Assembly: GCA_047285805.1 (NCBI GenBank)
Contig: JBJBCN010000002.1
Coordinates: 416,001 to 480,000, forward strand
Source: Synechococcus sp.
GTDB taxonomy: Bacteria; Cyanobacteriota; Cyanobacteriia; PCC-6307; Cyanobiaceae
DNA length: 64,000 nucleotides
Direction: 5' to 3'
Shown: one piece after another, positions 35,431-46,366 of the stretch
How the letters are laid out: every line of letters begins with the position of its first letter
How positions within the stretch are numbered: the first letter of the stretch is position 1
Notes under the pieces: generated by a model
The model's database searches: none
What the model was told of the DNA's origin: nothing
What the model saw: only the letters and a program-made list of their open reading frames with translations
Translations under genes and position numbers: made by a program

Positions 35431-37245
35431 ATGTGCGGATTGGCAGGCGAACTCACGGGTGGGTCCGCCGAGACCATGCCCCGCGCCCAGGCCGCGCGCA
35501 TTGCTGAACTCCTGCTGCACCGCGGCCCCGATGACTCGGGCATCTGGCAGAGCCGGACCTGCACCCTGATTCATCGCCGCCTGTCGATTCAGGACCTGTC
35601 GCCGGCGGGCCATCAGCCGATGCAGTCCGCCAGCGGGCGCTACCGCCTGGTCTTCAACGGCGAGATCTACAACTACAAAGCGCTCCGCGAGCAGTTGGAG
35701 GCCCGCGGCGAGCGGTTTGTGTCCACGGGCGACACCGAGGTGCTCCTGCGGCTCTTGATCCGCGAGGGCGCTGCAGCGCTGCCGCAATTGCGGGGGATGT
35801 TCGCCTTTTGTTTGTTTGACCAAGAGAGCCAGAGCGCCCTCTTGGGCCGGGACCCCTTCGGCATCAAACCGCTCTATCTCTTCCGATCGGGCGCGGAGCG
35901 TCTTCTGTTCTCATCGGAGGTCCGGGCGCTTCTGCGCAGCAGCGCGGTTCCCCGCGAGCTCAATGGGGCGGCGCTGCAGCACTACCTGATGTTTGGCTGC
36001 GTCCCCCAGCTGGAGACCTTGGTGCAGGGACTGAACGCGCTTCCTCCCGGACACGTCGCCCGCTGGCAAAACGGTGAACTCGCCATCGACTGCTACTGGC
36101 AGCCTCGCTTTGCTGCCGAGCCGGAGGCTGGACCCTATGACGCGCTGGTGGAGCGGGCTCGTGCGGCCGTCGGGGAGAGCGTCAAAGCCCACATGGTGTC
36201 TGACGTGCCGGTGGGACTGTTCCTCTCGGGGGGGATGGATTCATCGGCGATCCTCGCGGCGACGGATCAGCGGCTGACGACCCTCTCGATTGGCTTTGAG
36301 GAGGAGGCCTTCGATGAGAGCGAACTGGCTGAACAGGTGGCGCGTCGTTTTGGCTCGGAGCATCGCCGCTTGCTGCTGTGCCGCGATCAGGCTTGGTCAC
36401 GGCTGCCGGCGTTTTTTGATGCCCTCGATCAACCCAGCAGCGATGGCTTCAACACCTATTGCGTGTCCGCGGAAGCGGCGGAGGCGGGCCTGAAGGTGGT
36501 GATGAGTGGTTTGGGGGGGGATGAGCTCTTTGGCGGTTACCCGCTCTTTCAGTCCGTGCCCAAGTTGCTGGCCCTGCGCCGGCGTCTGGGCCCGGCCGCC
36601 TGGGCCGGCTCCCAGCTGATCAAGCCCCTGAAGCGCGCCAAGCTCCAGCGCTTGGCCGATTACCTCGCCAGCCCCCCTGGTCTCGCGGCCGCCCATCGCT
36701 GCATGCGCACGATTTTTTCGGAGCGGGAAGCGTCGCGGCTGATCAAGCTGTGGAAGTTGCCCCCACCGCTGGCCTTATCTTTGGTGCAGCTCCCTGAAAG
36801 TGTTGTGGGGGCGGAGCTCGCTGATCAGATCGCCTGGCTTGAAACCTCTAGCTACATGGGGGGTATGTTGCTGCGCGACAGCGATGCCCTCTCCATGGCG
36901 AGTTCCCTCGAGCTGCGGGTCCCGCTGGTAGACGTCGCTTTGTTTGAGGCGTTGGCACCGGTTGCGGCTTCAGCGCGGTTGGCGCCGGGCAAGCAGCTGC
37001 TGCGGGATGCATTCCCCGAGGTGACGGCCGTTTTGCAGGATGCCCCGAAGCGCGGTTTTGTGATTCCCTTCGACCAGTGGCTTCGCACACCGTCCCAGTC
37101 GAAAGGATTGCCCCAGCTGGATCTCACAGCTGCAGCGCGCGCCGTCGATTTGAGGCCTTGGGCGAGGCGGTGGGGATTGCTCGTGCTCGCCGATTGGTTG
37201 GAGCGCAATATGGGGATCACACTCCAACCCGGTGAGGGCACCTAA
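35431..37245 (+). CDS. asnB: Asparagine synthase (glutamine-hydrolysing) family amidotransferase
   Basis: MCGLAG (Ntn Cys), [54 protein letters not shown]. Confidence 0.9.
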   Translation: MCGLAGELTGGSAETMPRAQAARIAELLLHRGPDDSGIWQSRTCTLIHRRLSIQDLSPAGHQPMQSASGRYRLVFNGEIYNYKALREQLEARGERFVSTGDTEVLLRLLIREGAAALPQLRGMFAFCLFDQESQSALLGRDPFGIKPLYLFRSGAERLLFSSEVRALLRSSAVPRELNGAALQHYLMFGCVPQLETLVQGLNALPPGHVARWQNGELAIDCYWQPRFAAEPEAGPYDALVERARAAVGESVKAHMVSDVPVGLFLSGGMDSSAILAATDQRLTTLSIGFEEEAFDESELAEQVARRFGSEHRRLLLCRDQAWSRLPAFFDALDQPSSDGFNTYCVSAEAAEAGLKVVMSGLGGDELFGGYPLFQSVPKLLALRRRLGPAAWAGSQLIKPLKRAKLQRLADYLASPPGLAAAHRCMRTIFSEREASRLIKLWKLPPPLALSLVQLPESVVGAELADQIAWLETSSYMGGMLLRDSDALSMASSLELRVPLVDVALFEALAPVAASARLAPGKQLLRDAFPEVTAVLQDAPKRGFVIPFDQWLRTPSQSKGLPQLDLTAAARAVDLRPWARRWGLLVLADWLERNMGITLQPGEGT

Positions 37246-39860
37246 ACCAGCAGCGGCAGCTTGCTGGGGTCCACCTGCTGGAAGCGCAGTTGCCCGTTCT
37301 CGACGTCCACCGCGACGTCGTGGCCGGGGCTGAACTTTCCGCCCAGAATCCCTTTGGCAATTGGGGTTTCCAATTCCCGCTGGATCGCTCGTTTGAGCGG
37401 GCGGGCGCCGTAGACCGGGTCGTAGCCGACTCCGGCGAGCCAATCGAGGGCGTCTGCACTGACCTGGAGGCCCAGCTTCTTGTCTTCGAGCCGTTGGGCA
37501 AGCCGTTGGACCTGAAGTTCCACGATCTGCCGCAGTTCCTCCTCTTTGAGGCTGTGGAAGATGATCGACTCATCCAGCCGGTTGAGGAACTCCGGGCGGA
37601 AGTGGCCGCGCAGGGCTTCATGCACCCGCGCTTCCATTTCGCTGTGACGGTTCGGGTCGCCGGCGAGATCAAGGATGGATTGGCTGCCGATGTTGCTCGT
37701 GAGGATGAGCACCGTGTTGGTGAAATCAACCGTGCGGCCCTGTCCGTCGGTGACGCGGCCGTCATCGAGGATTTGCAGCATCACGTTGAAGACATCGTGG
37801 TGGGCCTTCTCCACCTCGTCGAAGAGGATCACGGCATAGGGCCGGCGCCGCACGGCTTCGGTGAGCTGTCCGCCTTCCTCGTAGCCGACATAGCCCGGAG
37901 GGGCACCGATCAGGCGGCTGACGGTGTGCTTCTCCATGTACTCGGACATGTCGATGCGCACCATGGCGTCCTCGCTGTCAAAGAGCTGGGAGGCCAGTGC
38001 CTTGGAGAGCTCGGTTTTACCGACACCGGTGGGGCCGAGGAAGAGGAAGCTGGCAATCGGCCGGTTTGGATCGCTCAAGCCTGCGCGGGAGCGTTGGATG
38101 GCGTCGGCAATCGCGGTCACGGCTTGGTCCTGCCCAATCACCCGGGTGTGGAGCTCCTCTTCGAGTTGCAGCAGTTTTTGCATCTCGCTTTGCACCAACT
38201 TGGCGACCGGAATCCCCGTCCACTTGGCGATCACCTCGGCGATGTCGTCCTCGGTGACCTCCTCGCGCAGCAGTGACTTCTCATCGCCCTCGCCGCTGAG
38301 CTCCTCTTCCTTGGCGGCCAGCTTTTGGTGCAGTCCCGTCAGGGTCCCGTATTCGAGCTCGGCGGCCTTGTTGAGGTCGTAGCTGCGTTTGGCTTGCTCG
38401 ATCTGCAGTTGCACCTGCTCGATCTCCTCTTTGATCGCGCTCAGCTCATCGATGGAGCCCTTTTCCTGTTGCCACTGGGCATTGAGGGCACTCTGCTGCT
38501 CGCTGAGGTCGGCGAGTTCCTTCTCCAACCGCTCCAGCCGGTCCTTGCTGGCGGCATCTGATTCACGGCCGAGGGACAGCTTCTCCATCTCCAACTGGAG
38601 GATGCGGCGATCGAGCTCGTCGATCTGCTCGGGCTTGGAGGTGATTTCCATCTTCAGCCGCGCCGCGGATTCATCCACGAGGTCGATGGCCTTGTCCGGC
38701 AGGAATCGATCGGCGATGTAGCGGCTGCTGAGCACCGCGGCAGCCACCAGGGCGTTGTCGGCGATGCGCACGCCATGGTGCACCTCGTAGCGCTCCTTCA
38801 AGCCGCGCAGGATCGAGATCGTGTCCTCGACGGTGGGCTGATCGACAAAGACCTGCTGGAAGCGTCGCTCCAGGGCTGGATCCTTCTCAATGTGCTGGCG
38901 GTGTTCGTCCAGGGTGGTGGCGCCGATGCAGCGCAGTTCCCCGCGGGCCAGCATCGGTTTGAGCAGGTTGCTGGCATCCATGGCACCGCCGCTGGCACCG
39001 GCCCCCACCACGGTATGGATCTCATCGATGAACAGCACGATCTGTCCCTCGGAGGCGGTCACCTCCTTGAGCACGGCCTTCAGCCGTTCTTCGAATTCAC
39101 CGCGGTACTTGGCACCGGCGATTAGGGCCCCCATATCCAGGGCAATGAGCTGACGGTTCTGCAGGGCCTGCGGGACGTCGCCATTGACGATCCGTTGGGC
39201 CAGGCCTTCGACGATGGCTGTTTTACCCACGCCGGGTTCGCCGATCAGCACCGGGTTGTTCTTGGTGCGGCGGCTCAGGATCTGAATCGTGCGGCGGATT
39301 TCCTCGTCGCGGCCGATGACCGGGTCGAGCTTGCCGTCCTTGGCCGCCTGGGTGAGATCGCGGCCGTACTTCTCCAGGGACTCGTAGGTGCCTTCGGGGT
39401 TCTGATCGGTCACTTTTTGGGATCCGCGAATCGCCTGAACGGCGTCTTTGAGCTTGGCGGCATCGGTGCCGGCCTGCGAGAGCAGCTGTTTTCCGCAGCG
39501 ATCATCCGTCGCCAGGGCCAGCAGAAGATGCTCGATGGCGATGTAGCTGTCGCCGTAGGACCCTTTGAGCGTGTTGGCTTGATCAAGGACGGCGTTGAGA
39601 CCCTTGCCGAGGTAGACGTTCTCGGGGGGAGAACTCAAGGACGGTTGCCCTTCGATGTGGGCGTCGATCCTTTGGCTGAGGGTGCCGACATCCACTCCGG
39701 CCTTCTCCAGCACCCGAGAGGCCAGCCCCTGTTGCGACAGCAAGGCGGCGAAGAGATGCTCGCTTTCCATCTGCTGCTGCCGGCGCTGCTGCGCCAACTG
39801 CTGCGCAGCCACGATGGCGGCCCAGGCTTTTTCAGTGAAGAGTTCGGCGGTCGGATGCAT
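37242..39860 (-). CDS. clpB: ATP-dependent chaperone ClpB
   Basis: Two AAA modules ([16 protein letters not shown]), a coiled-coil M domain (KAAELEYG) and YGARPLKR. Confidence 0.97.
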   Translation of the reverse strand: MHPTAELFTEKAWAAIVAAQQLAQQRRQQQMESEHLFAALLSQQGLASRVLEKAGVDVGTLSQRIDAHIEGQPSLSSPPENVYLGKGLNAVLDQANTLKGSYGDSYIAIEHLLLALATDDRCGKQLLSQAGTDAAKLKDAVQAIRGSQKVTDQNPEGTYESLEKYGRDLTQAAKDGKLDPVIGRDEEIRRTIQILSRRTKNNPVLIGEPGVGKTAIVEGLAQRIVNGDVPQALQNRQLIALDMGALIAGAKYRGEFEERLKAVLKEVTASEGQIVLFIDEIHTVVGAGASGGAMDASNLLKPMLARGELRCIGATTLDEHRQHIEKDPALERRFQQVFVDQPTVEDTISILRGLKERYEVHHGVRIADNALVAAAVLSSRYIADRFLPDKAIDLVDESAARLKMEITSKPEQIDELDRRILQLEMEKLSLGRESDAASKDRLERLEKELADLSEQQSALNAQWQQEKGSIDELSAIKEEIEQVQLQIEQAKRSYDLNKAAELEYGTLTGLHQKLAAKEEELSGEGDEKSLLREEVTEDDIAEVIAKWTGIPVAKLVQSEMQKLLQLEEELHTRVIGQDQAVTAIADAIQRSRAGLSDPNRPIASFLFLGPTGVGKTELSKALASQLFDSEDAMVRIDMSEYMEKHTVSRLIGAPPGYVGYEEGGQLTEAVRRRPYAVILFDEVEKAHHDVFNVMLQILDDGRVTDGQGRTVDFTNTVLILTSNIGSQSILDLAGDPNRHSEMEARVHEALRGHFRPEFLNRLDESIIFHSLKEEELRQIVELQVQRLAQRLEDKKLGLQVSADALDWLAGVGYDPVYGARPLKRAIQRELETPIAKGILGGKFSPGHDVAVDVENGQLRFQQVDPSKLPLLV

Positions 39861-39996
39861 GGTGGTCCTCCCTCAGTTGGGTGGTGACCAAACCGTATGG
39901 CGATTGTTGGGGGAAGGAGGAGCGGAGAACCGAAGCTCTTGCTTCGGTCCTCCACCCCCCTGTCGTGTGAGCTGTCTGTTCGGGACGGTTACCCGC

Positions 39997-40359
39997 TCAG
40001 CGCGGCGAACCGTTGTAGATCACTTGGGTGACTTGGCGGCCATCGACGGAGACCTGCAGCTCGGTTTCGGTGGTCGGGGCAATGCCTTGCTCAATCCACC
40101 CGGGTCGGCCGCCGAGGAACTTGAAGCGGAATCCCTGGCTGTTGTTTTGCGTGAGGCAGCTGCCCCCGCCGTCACCGGTGTTGAACATGCAGGCGGCTGG
40201 GCGATAGACGCTGAGGCCGCCGTTGTTGTTGACGGCCCAGTTGCGTGCGACGTTGAGCGCGCGCACATTGGCGGCACTGACCTGGGCGATGACAGGCAGG
40301 CTGCTCAAGAGTGCGCTGCCAGCCATCAAGGCAGAGGTCTTCACCAGGGACTTGGCCAT
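39997..40359 (-). CDS. Secreted hypothetical protein
   Basis: Signal-peptide-like N-terminus, two Cys, host-like codon usage. Confidence 0.7.
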   Translation of the reverse strand: MAKSLVKTSALMAGSALLSSLPVIAQVSAANVRALNVARNWAVNNNGGLSVYRPAACMFNTGDGGGSCLTQNNSQGFRFKFLGGRPGWIEQGIAPTTETELQVSVDGRQVTQVIYNGSPR

Positions 40360-40410
40360 GACCGAGGCGGTTGAGAGAGGAGAGACCTCTTCAGTGTGGC
40401 CAGGGTTTCC

Positions 40411-40779
40411 CTATTGGGCCGCGGGGAGGGGCAGGACGCCGCTGGTCTGGCCGCACAAGCGGGACGGGCAGCCATCAGCGCTGTAAATCGCATCCCCTGG
40501 GGACAAGCATCCCATTCGATTTTTCTGCGGCACCTCGCTTGGAGCAATGCGCAGGGGTTGCAGCGCCGGGAGGGTTGGGTTGACCACCAGCCGGCAGTGT
40601 TTGGCGCCAATCACCCGCAGTGCGTTTGTACCAATCGTCGCGGGTGTCCCCCCGCCTTGGATCAGATCGAGGGGCGACCGGGCTTCATTGGTTTGGGCCT
40701 GACCCGTCGATCCCCAGAGCAGCTGGCTGAGCAACAGCAGCAACCAGGCACTCCGAGTGGCCATCATGACTGGATCCAT
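40411..40779 (-). CDS. Secreted Cys-containing hypothetical protein (start uncertain)
   Basis: Hydrophobic leader (AWLLLLLSQLLW...AQ) and KNRMGCLS..DAIY..DGCP.RLC. Confidence 0.6.
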   Translation of the reverse strand: MDPVMMATRSAWLLLLLSQLLWGSTGQAQTNEARSPLDLIQGGGTPATIGTNALRVIGAKHCRLVVNPTLPALQPLRIAPSEVPQKNRMGCLSPGDAIYSADGCPSRLCGQTSGVLPLPAAQ

Positions 40780-40808
40780 TGGCCCTAGTCTGCTCAAGAC
40801 CACCGGAG

Positions 40809-41030
40809 ATGACCGTCGATTCAGCTGCTCAAGACCCATCCCGGTCTGCATTGGTCCAGCGGTTGGCCCAGGAGTCTTTTGCCTTTGATGGCACCGCCCG
40901 CGACCCCGAGCGCAATTGCTGGTTGGTTGTTCACCGGCACCAACATGGTTGTCTGCCCAGTGAGTACGACATCCGCGAAGTGGACGAGGCGCTTTATTTG
41001 GAGGTCCTCGAAGCGCGACGTTCCGGCTGA
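40809..41030 (+). CDS. Small hypothetical protein
   Basis: ERNCWLVVHRHQHG.LPSEYDIRE; fills the gap between minus-strand genes. Confidence 0.6.
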   Translation: MTVDSAAQDPSRSALVQRLAQESFAFDGTARDPERNCWLVVHRHQHGCLPSEYDIREVDEALYLEVLEARRSG

Positions 41031-41220
41031 TCGCAGTCCGTGTGTGAACCGTTCAGTGATGGGATTGCCGCGAGCTTTGATCGCTTGAGGAACTCTGCTA
41101 CGGAGCGGGCCGGATCCCTTGCTGCCTGAGTTTGAACGGGGCCCTCGCCCATGTCTTTGCCAGCTGAACATTCATCAGCGTCGCGCTCTCAGCGCGCTGA
41201 TGCAACGAAAGAAATCAGGC

Positions 41221-41250
41221 AAAAAAAAAACCGCCCCGTCGGGGGCGGTT
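41221..41250 (-). terminator. Intrinsic terminator of petJ
   Basis: Hairpin AACCGCCCC-gtcg-GGGGCGGTT with an A10 run (U-tract on the minus strand). Confidence 0.85.
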
Positions 41251-41277
41251 GCGGATGTCAGTCGTTCAGGGACTGAA

Positions 41278-41619
41278 TCACGCCCAGCCGTTCTGGCTCT
41301 GGGATTCGACGTAGGCAGCGACGTCGGCGATATCACCGGCGCTCAGCTTGCCGCTGAAGGCGGGCATGGCGTTCTTGCCGTTGGTGACTTGGTACTGGAT
41401 GGCCTCTTCATGGCCAGCGCTGTAGTTGGCCAGGTAGGACTCGAGGGCATCTTTCTTAAGGGTGCGCTCGGCGTTCACCACGTTGCCGCCGCCCATGTGG
41501 CAAGCAGCGCAGTTCGCGGAGAAGATCTGGGCGCCGTGGTCGGCGTCAGCGGCGAAGCTGGGGGAAGCACCCAGCACCAGCGCCAGGCAAAGGGCAATCA
41601 AGGAGAGGAGACGGCGCAT
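41278..41619 (-). CDS. petJ: Cytochrome c6
   Basis: Signal peptide, NCAACH heme motif, QVTNGKNAMPAF. Confidence 0.95.
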   Translation of the reverse strand: MRRLLSLIALCLALVLGASPSFAADADHGAQIFSANCAACHMGGGNVVNAERTLKKDALESYLANYSAGHEEAIQYQVTNGKNAMPAFSGKLSAGDIADVAAYVESQSQNGWA

Positions 41620-41713
41620 CTGAGCTCGTGCAACCTCGACAAATTAGGAGGCGAAGGCGGTCCTCGTCGTGATTGCCGCAGAGGTTCGCAACATTTGAAA
41701 CCTGATGTTGTGA

Positions 41714-42712
41714 TCAGCCGCGGTGTTTCAGTCCGGCGTCATCAAAGACCGCCTCCAGGGTTGGCGCATGGCTTACCAAGCCAAACCGTTCCGGTGGGCT
41801 AATCGGGTAATGAACAAAGTGGCGCTGGCGGATCGAGAACCGATCCCAGGCGTTCACTTCAATGCGCAGCAATTTGATGAGGCCTTCGATCAGCCAGCCC
41901 CGCAGGTCCAGGCCAATCGGCGGATACCACCCGCGGCGCCAGCGACAGAGTCTCTTCACGGTCTCGTTCACCGTCACTGAAGGTTGGCCGAGGACCAAGC
42001 GCCGGACGGCCCCTTGACCCACCTCGGGGTTCGTTTGATGCGGATTCGTCGCCAGATGCGCGCAAACCCGCGCGATGTCAGCAGCATGGATGAAGTGGAA
42101 ACTGGCCTCCGCACGGAGCCACTTTGCTAGCCAGAGCCATCGAGCTCCCTCTTTCAGGCCAGCCGTAAGGTAGCTGGTGGGGAAGACGCCCGAGCCATCG
42201 ACGCGGCCACCGAAGACCAGCGTGGGGAAGACCGCCACGATCCTCTGGGCCAGAGCATGCTGCTCCAGCTGTTCAAGGCAGAGGGCTTTGGTCTGGATGT
42301 ACTCGGTGCCGTAGGGCATGGCCTCCGGCATCAACTGCAAATCCTTGTTGAGGATGCTGGCGGTGGAGAAATACACCACCTGCTCGAGGACCTGGGGATT
42401 GGTGGCCGCCAACATCTGCTTGACCGCGACCACATTGACCTGTTGAGCCCGCTCGGGATCTCCCCAAGCCGTAGCTGTGTGGATGATCCGCGTTGCTGAA
42501 GCAATCTGAGTGCGGTGGGGGTCCACGTCCCGCAGATCACCCACGAGCAGAGTGATGCGCGGATCGTCCGCGGGAACAGCCGTCAGCTTGCTGGGATCCC
42601 GCAGCCAGAGCAGCAGCTCGGCGTTGGTTTCCCGGTAGAGCAGATCAGCGATGTGTTGGCCAACGCAACCACTGGCCCCCGTGATCAGGATCCGTGCAGG
42701 GGCAGAACTCAA
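41714..42712 (-). CDS. NAD-dependent epimerase/dehydratase family protein
   Basis: ITGASGCVG and YIQTK; overlaps the hemE stop. Confidence 0.88.
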   Translation of the reverse strand: MSSAPARILITGASGCVGQHIADLLYRETNAELLLWLRDPSKLTAVPADDPRITLLVGDLRDVDPHRTQIASATRIIHTATAWGDPERAQQVNVVAVKQMLAATNPQVLEQVVYFSTASILNKDLQLMPEAMPYGTEYIQTKALCLEQLEQHALAQRIVAVFPTLVFGGRVDGSGVFPTSYLTAGLKEGARWLWLAKWLRAEASFHFIHAADIARVCAHLATNPHQTNPEVGQGAVRRLVLGQPSVTVNETVKRLCRWRRGWYPPIGLDLRGWLIEGLIKLLRIEVNAWDRFSIRQRHFVHYPISPPERFGLVSHAPTLEAVFDDAGLKHRG

Positions 42713-43767
42713 ATCGCGGCTCCGAGGCGATCCATGACGGACTTGCCGGCCTCGAAGAAGAACTGACCGTTCTCTTCAGGGGTACCCGGGAGGATGCCGT
42801 GGCCAAGGTTGAGGATGTGCTTGCGATCGCGGGCCTTCCGCACGCAGTCGTCGATGCGATCGCGGATGGCGTCTTGGCTGCCGAAGAGCAGGCCAGGGTC
42901 CACGTTGCCCTGAACACCGATGTGCTCGGGCATGCGGGCTAGGCCTTCCGCCATGTCCACGGTCCAGTCCAGCGAGACGATGTCCACGCCGGTGTTGGCC
43001 ATCCGCTCGATAACGCCAGCGCTGCCGGAGATGTAGAGGATGAAGGGGGTGTCGGGGTGGGACTGCTTGACCAGGTCTACCACTTTCTTTTGATAGGGTG
43101 CCGCGAAGGTGTCGTAGTCCGCGGGGCTGAGCTGACCGGCCCAGGAGTCGAACATCTGCACCACTTGGGCACCGGAGTCGATCTGGTAGCGCAGGTAATT
43201 GGCGATGGACTCTGCGAAGTGATCCAGCAGTTTGTGCAGGATCTGCGGTTCGCGGAAGGCCATGGCCTTGATCACAGCATAGTTCTTGCTGCTCTTGCCT
43301 TCCACGACATAGGCGGCGAGGGTCCAAGGAGCACCGACAAAACCCAAAACGGCAGCTTCGTTGCCAACGCTCTGGCGCAGGCGACTCAGCACCTCACCGA
43401 CGAAGGGCATGGTCTCGGCGGGGTTCAGGGGAGTCAGCGCCTCCACCTGAGCCATCGAGCGGATGGGGTCCTGGATTTGGGGACCTTTGCTCTCGATGAT
43501 GTCGAAGTCAATTCCCATGCCAGGCAGGGGCGTGAGGATGTCCGAGAACAGGATCACGCCGTCGGGCTTGAAGGCGTTGAACGGCTGCATCGAGATCTCG
43601 TAGGAGAGATCCGGGTTCTCAGAGCGCTCGCGGAAGCTGGGGTATTTATCGCGCAGGTCGCGGTAGATCTTCATGTACCGGCCGGCCTGACGCATCATCC
43701 AGACCGGTGGACGCTCCACCTGCTCACCACGGGCGGCTCGCAGCAGCAGGGGCGCGTTGGAAGACAT
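42709..43767 (-). CDS. hemE: Uroporphyrinogen decarboxylase
   Basis: [32 protein letters not shown]. Confidence 0.97.
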   Translation of the reverse strand: MSSNAPLLLRAARGEQVERPPVWMMRQAGRYMKIYRDLRDKYPSFRERSENPDLSYEISMQPFNAFKPDGVILFSDILTPLPGMGIDFDIIESKGPQIQDPIRSMAQVEALTPLNPAETMPFVGEVLSRLRQSVGNEAAVLGFVGAPWTLAAYVVEGKSSKNYAVIKAMAFREPQILHKLLDHFAESIANYLRYQIDSGAQVVQMFDSWAGQLSPADYDTFAAPYQKKVVDLVKQSHPDTPFILYISGSAGVIERMANTGVDIVSLDWTVDMAEGLARMPEHIGVQGNVDPGLLFGSQDAIRDRIDDCVRKARDRKHILNLGHGILPGTPEENGQFFFEAGKSVMDRLGAAI

Positions 43768-43820
43768 GAGGAGTTGCGATGGGGCCTTGGAAGCTACCCG
43801 AGCGGCCTCCCGAATGCGGC

Positions 43821-46148
43821 CTACCGGGGACCGGGTCCCGCCGCTTCTTCACGAACTTCAGTGTCCGCATCCGCTTGGCGTTGCTGGCTGTGCTTCTCAT
43901 CCCGCTTGAAGACGAGCACCGATAGGGGAGGAAGACAAAGGTCCAGGGAGTTCTCGTAGCTGTGGATCCCCCACTCTTCGGTGAATTTGCCCCCCAGGTT
44001 GCCCAAGTTGCTGCCGCCGTAGCGGGCGGCATCGGTGTTGATGACCTCGGTGTAAAACCCGCTCAAAGGAACGCCAACGCGATAGTGGGAATGGCTTTGG
44101 GGTGTGAAGTTCGCAACTACCACCAGCCACTGGCCGGTGGTGCTCTCCCGGCGCATGAAGCTGATCACAGAATGCCGGTTGTCATTGCAATCGATCCACT
44201 GGAAGCCGTACTCCTCGAAGTCGTCGCGCCAGAGAGCTGGTTCTGACTTGTAGAAGACGTTGAGGTCATCCACCAGGAGCTGCAGTCCTTGATGGGGTTG
44301 GTACTGGAGCAGATCCCACTGCAGATCCCCCCAGACATTCCATTCAGCCCGTTGGCCGAATTCCATCCCCATGAAGATGGTCTTCTTGCCGGGGTGGGTC
44401 CACATGTAGGCCAGGAGGGCCCTGGTGTTAGCAAACTTCTGCCAATCGTCCCCGGGCATCTTGTGGAGCAAGTTGCTCTTGCCGTGAACCACCTCGTCGT
44501 GGCTTAGGGCGAGCATGAAGTTCTCGGTGTAGGCGTACCAGATTGAGAAGGTGACGTTGTTCTGGTGGAACTGGCGGAACCAGGGATCGAGCTCGAAGTA
44601 ATCGAGCATGTCGTGCATCCAGCCCATGTTCCATTTGAGGTTGAATCCCAACCCGCCCATGTCCGTGGGCTTGGTGACCATCGGCCAGGTGGTGGATTCC
44701 TCGGCGATGGAGAGGGCGCCAGGGAAGTGCTGGAAGAGCACGTGGTTCGCCTGCTGCAGGAACTGCACGGCTTCCGTATTCTCGCGTCCACCGTGCTCGT
44801 TCGGGATCCATTCCCCGTCGGGACGCAGATAGTCCCGGTAGAGCATCGAGGCCACGGCATCCACCCGGATGCCGTCGATGTGGAACTGTTCGAACCAATA
44901 GATCAGGTTCGCCACGAGGAAGTTGCGGACTTCGTTGCGGCTGTAGTTGAAGATCAGCGTCCCCCACTCCTTGTGCTCGCCGATCCGCGGATCCGAGTGT
45001 TCATAGAGGTGGGCACCATCGAAGAAGGCCAGGCCGTGGGCATCCTTGGGGAAGTGTCCTGGGACCCAGTCGAGGATCACGCCAATGCCCTCGGCGTGGC
45101 AGCGATCGACGAAGGCGCGGAACTCATCGGGCCGGCCGAAGCGGCTGGTGGGGGCATACCAGCCGGTCACCTGATAACCCCAAGACCCATCGAAGGGATG
45201 CTCCGAGATGGGCATCAGCTCGATGTGGGTAAAGCCCCTCGCTTTGACGTAGGGGATCACCCGATCGGCCAGTTCGGGATAGGTCAGCAGACGGGCCCCG
45301 GGTTTGAGGTCCGCTGCGGGGACGGGCGCCCGTGCGTTTCCGTCGGCTTCGATGTAGGGCTGATCAGCAGCGGCATGCATCCAGCTGCCGAGGTGCATCT
45401 CGTAGACCGAGATTGGCTGATCGAGGGGATTGCGGCTGTCGCGTTCCTGTATCCAACGGCCATCGCCCCAGCTGTACCCCTCCAGGGCTTCGACGACCGA
45501 TCCGTTGTCGGGCCTGACCTCATGGCGGAAGCCATAGGGGTCAGCCTTTTGGTAACAGTGCCCCTGCTGGCTGCGGATCTCGTACTTATAGATCTCGCCA
45601 GGTTTCAGGCCAGGAATGAACAGTTCCCAGCCACCACCCAAGCGGGCTTGCATGGGGTGGTGGCGTCCGTCCCAACTGTTGAAACTACCCAGGACGGAAA
45701 CGCTGCGGGCGTTTGGAGCCCAGAGGCAGAACATGACGCCGGCGACCCCGTCGCGCGTCACCACGTGGGCACCCATCTTTTGCCAGATGTGGTGGTGGTT
45801 GCCTTCAGCGAAGAGATGGCGATCGAGCTCGCCCATCCACTCGTCGCGGAAGGCCCAGGGGTCGTGGCTGACGTGTTCGATGCCCCCCCGTTGGACCCGG
45901 ACCTGGTAGCCACTGCCGGGGTTGCCGGGGAGTTCGGTTTCGAAGACCCAGGGGTGATGGGGGGTCTCCATCATCTGGGGTGCACCGGCGACGATCAGCT
46001 CGACACGATCGGCTTCCGGCATCCAGACGCGAACGGCCCATTTGCCGTTGTCGAGTGGATGCGGACCAAGGACAGCTTGGGGATGGTCATGGCGGCATTC
46101 CGCAAGGCGCTGACCGTCTTCAACCATCCACTCGAGCTGAGCCAGCAC
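43821..46148 (-). CDS. glgB: 1,4-alpha-glucan branching enzyme
   Basis: [41 protein letters not shown]. Confidence 0.97.
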   Translation of the reverse strand: MLAQLEWMVEDGQRLAECRHDHPQAVLGPHPLDNGKWAVRVWMPEADRVELIVAGAPQMMETPHHPWVFETELPGNPGSGYQVRVQRGGIEHVSHDPWAFRDEWMGELDRHLFAEGNHHHIWQKMGAHVVTRDGVAGVMFCLWAPNARSVSVLGSFNSWDGRHHPMQARLGGGWELFIPGLKPGEIYKYEIRSQQGHCYQKADPYGFRHEVRPDNGSVVEALEGYSWGDGRWIQERDSRNPLDQPISVYEMHLGSWMHAAADQPYIEADGNARAPVPAADLKPGARLLTYPELADRVIPYVKARGFTHIELMPISEHPFDGSWGYQVTGWYAPTSRFGRPDEFRAFVDRCHAEGIGVILDWVPGHFPKDAHGLAFFDGAHLYEHSDPRIGEHKEWGTLIFNYSRNEVRNFLVANLIYWFEQFHIDGIRVDAVASMLYRDYLRPDGEWIPNEHGGRENTEAVQFLQQANHVLFQHFPGALSIAEESTTWPMVTKPTDMGGLGFNLKWNMGWMHDMLDYFELDPWFRQFHQNNVTFSIWYAYTENFMLALSHDEVVHGKSNLLHKMPGDDWQKFANTRALLAYMWTHPGKKTIFMGMEFGQRAEWNVWGDLQWDLLQYQPHQGLQLLVDDLNVFYKSEPALWRDDFEEYGFQWIDCNDNRHSVISFMRRESTTGQWLVVVANFTPQSHSHYRVGVPLSGFYTEVINTDAARYGGSNLGNLGGKFTEEWGIHSYENSLDLCLPPLSVLVFKRDEKHSQQRQADADTEVREEAAGPGPR

Positions 46149-46193
46149 AGGACCTCAAGGCAAAGCGTGGATGGGAGCTTAAGCGGGTTTTGC

Positions 46194-46310
46194 TTAAGAA
46201 GCTGCAGCCTGTGCATCAGGTTCTTCAGGGAAGTCGACCACCTTGATTTGGTTCTCGTTGTTGAAAATCACGTAAAGGTTGTCGCTCAGCGGGTTGAAGT
46301 GCACGTTCAC
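46194..46310 (-). CDS. Candidate 38-aa small protein upstream of glgB
   Basis: Hand translation from GTG to TAA: MNVHFNPLSDNLYVIFNNENQIKVVDFPEEPDAQAAAS; host-preferred codons; fills the cocE-glgB gap. Confidence 0.5.
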   Translation of the reverse strand: MNVHFNPLSDNLYVIFNNENQIKVVDFPEEPDAQAAAS

Positions 46311-46366
46311 GAGCCGCAGGCGTATGTCCGGGGTGCATTTCGTATTGCAGAGGCTCGAGGTGGGCC

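Noticed and set aside
35431..37245. AsnB as a lasso-peptide cyclase
   Set aside because: It retains the N-terminal Cys glutaminase domain, and no B1/B2 proteins or lasso precursor lie nearby.
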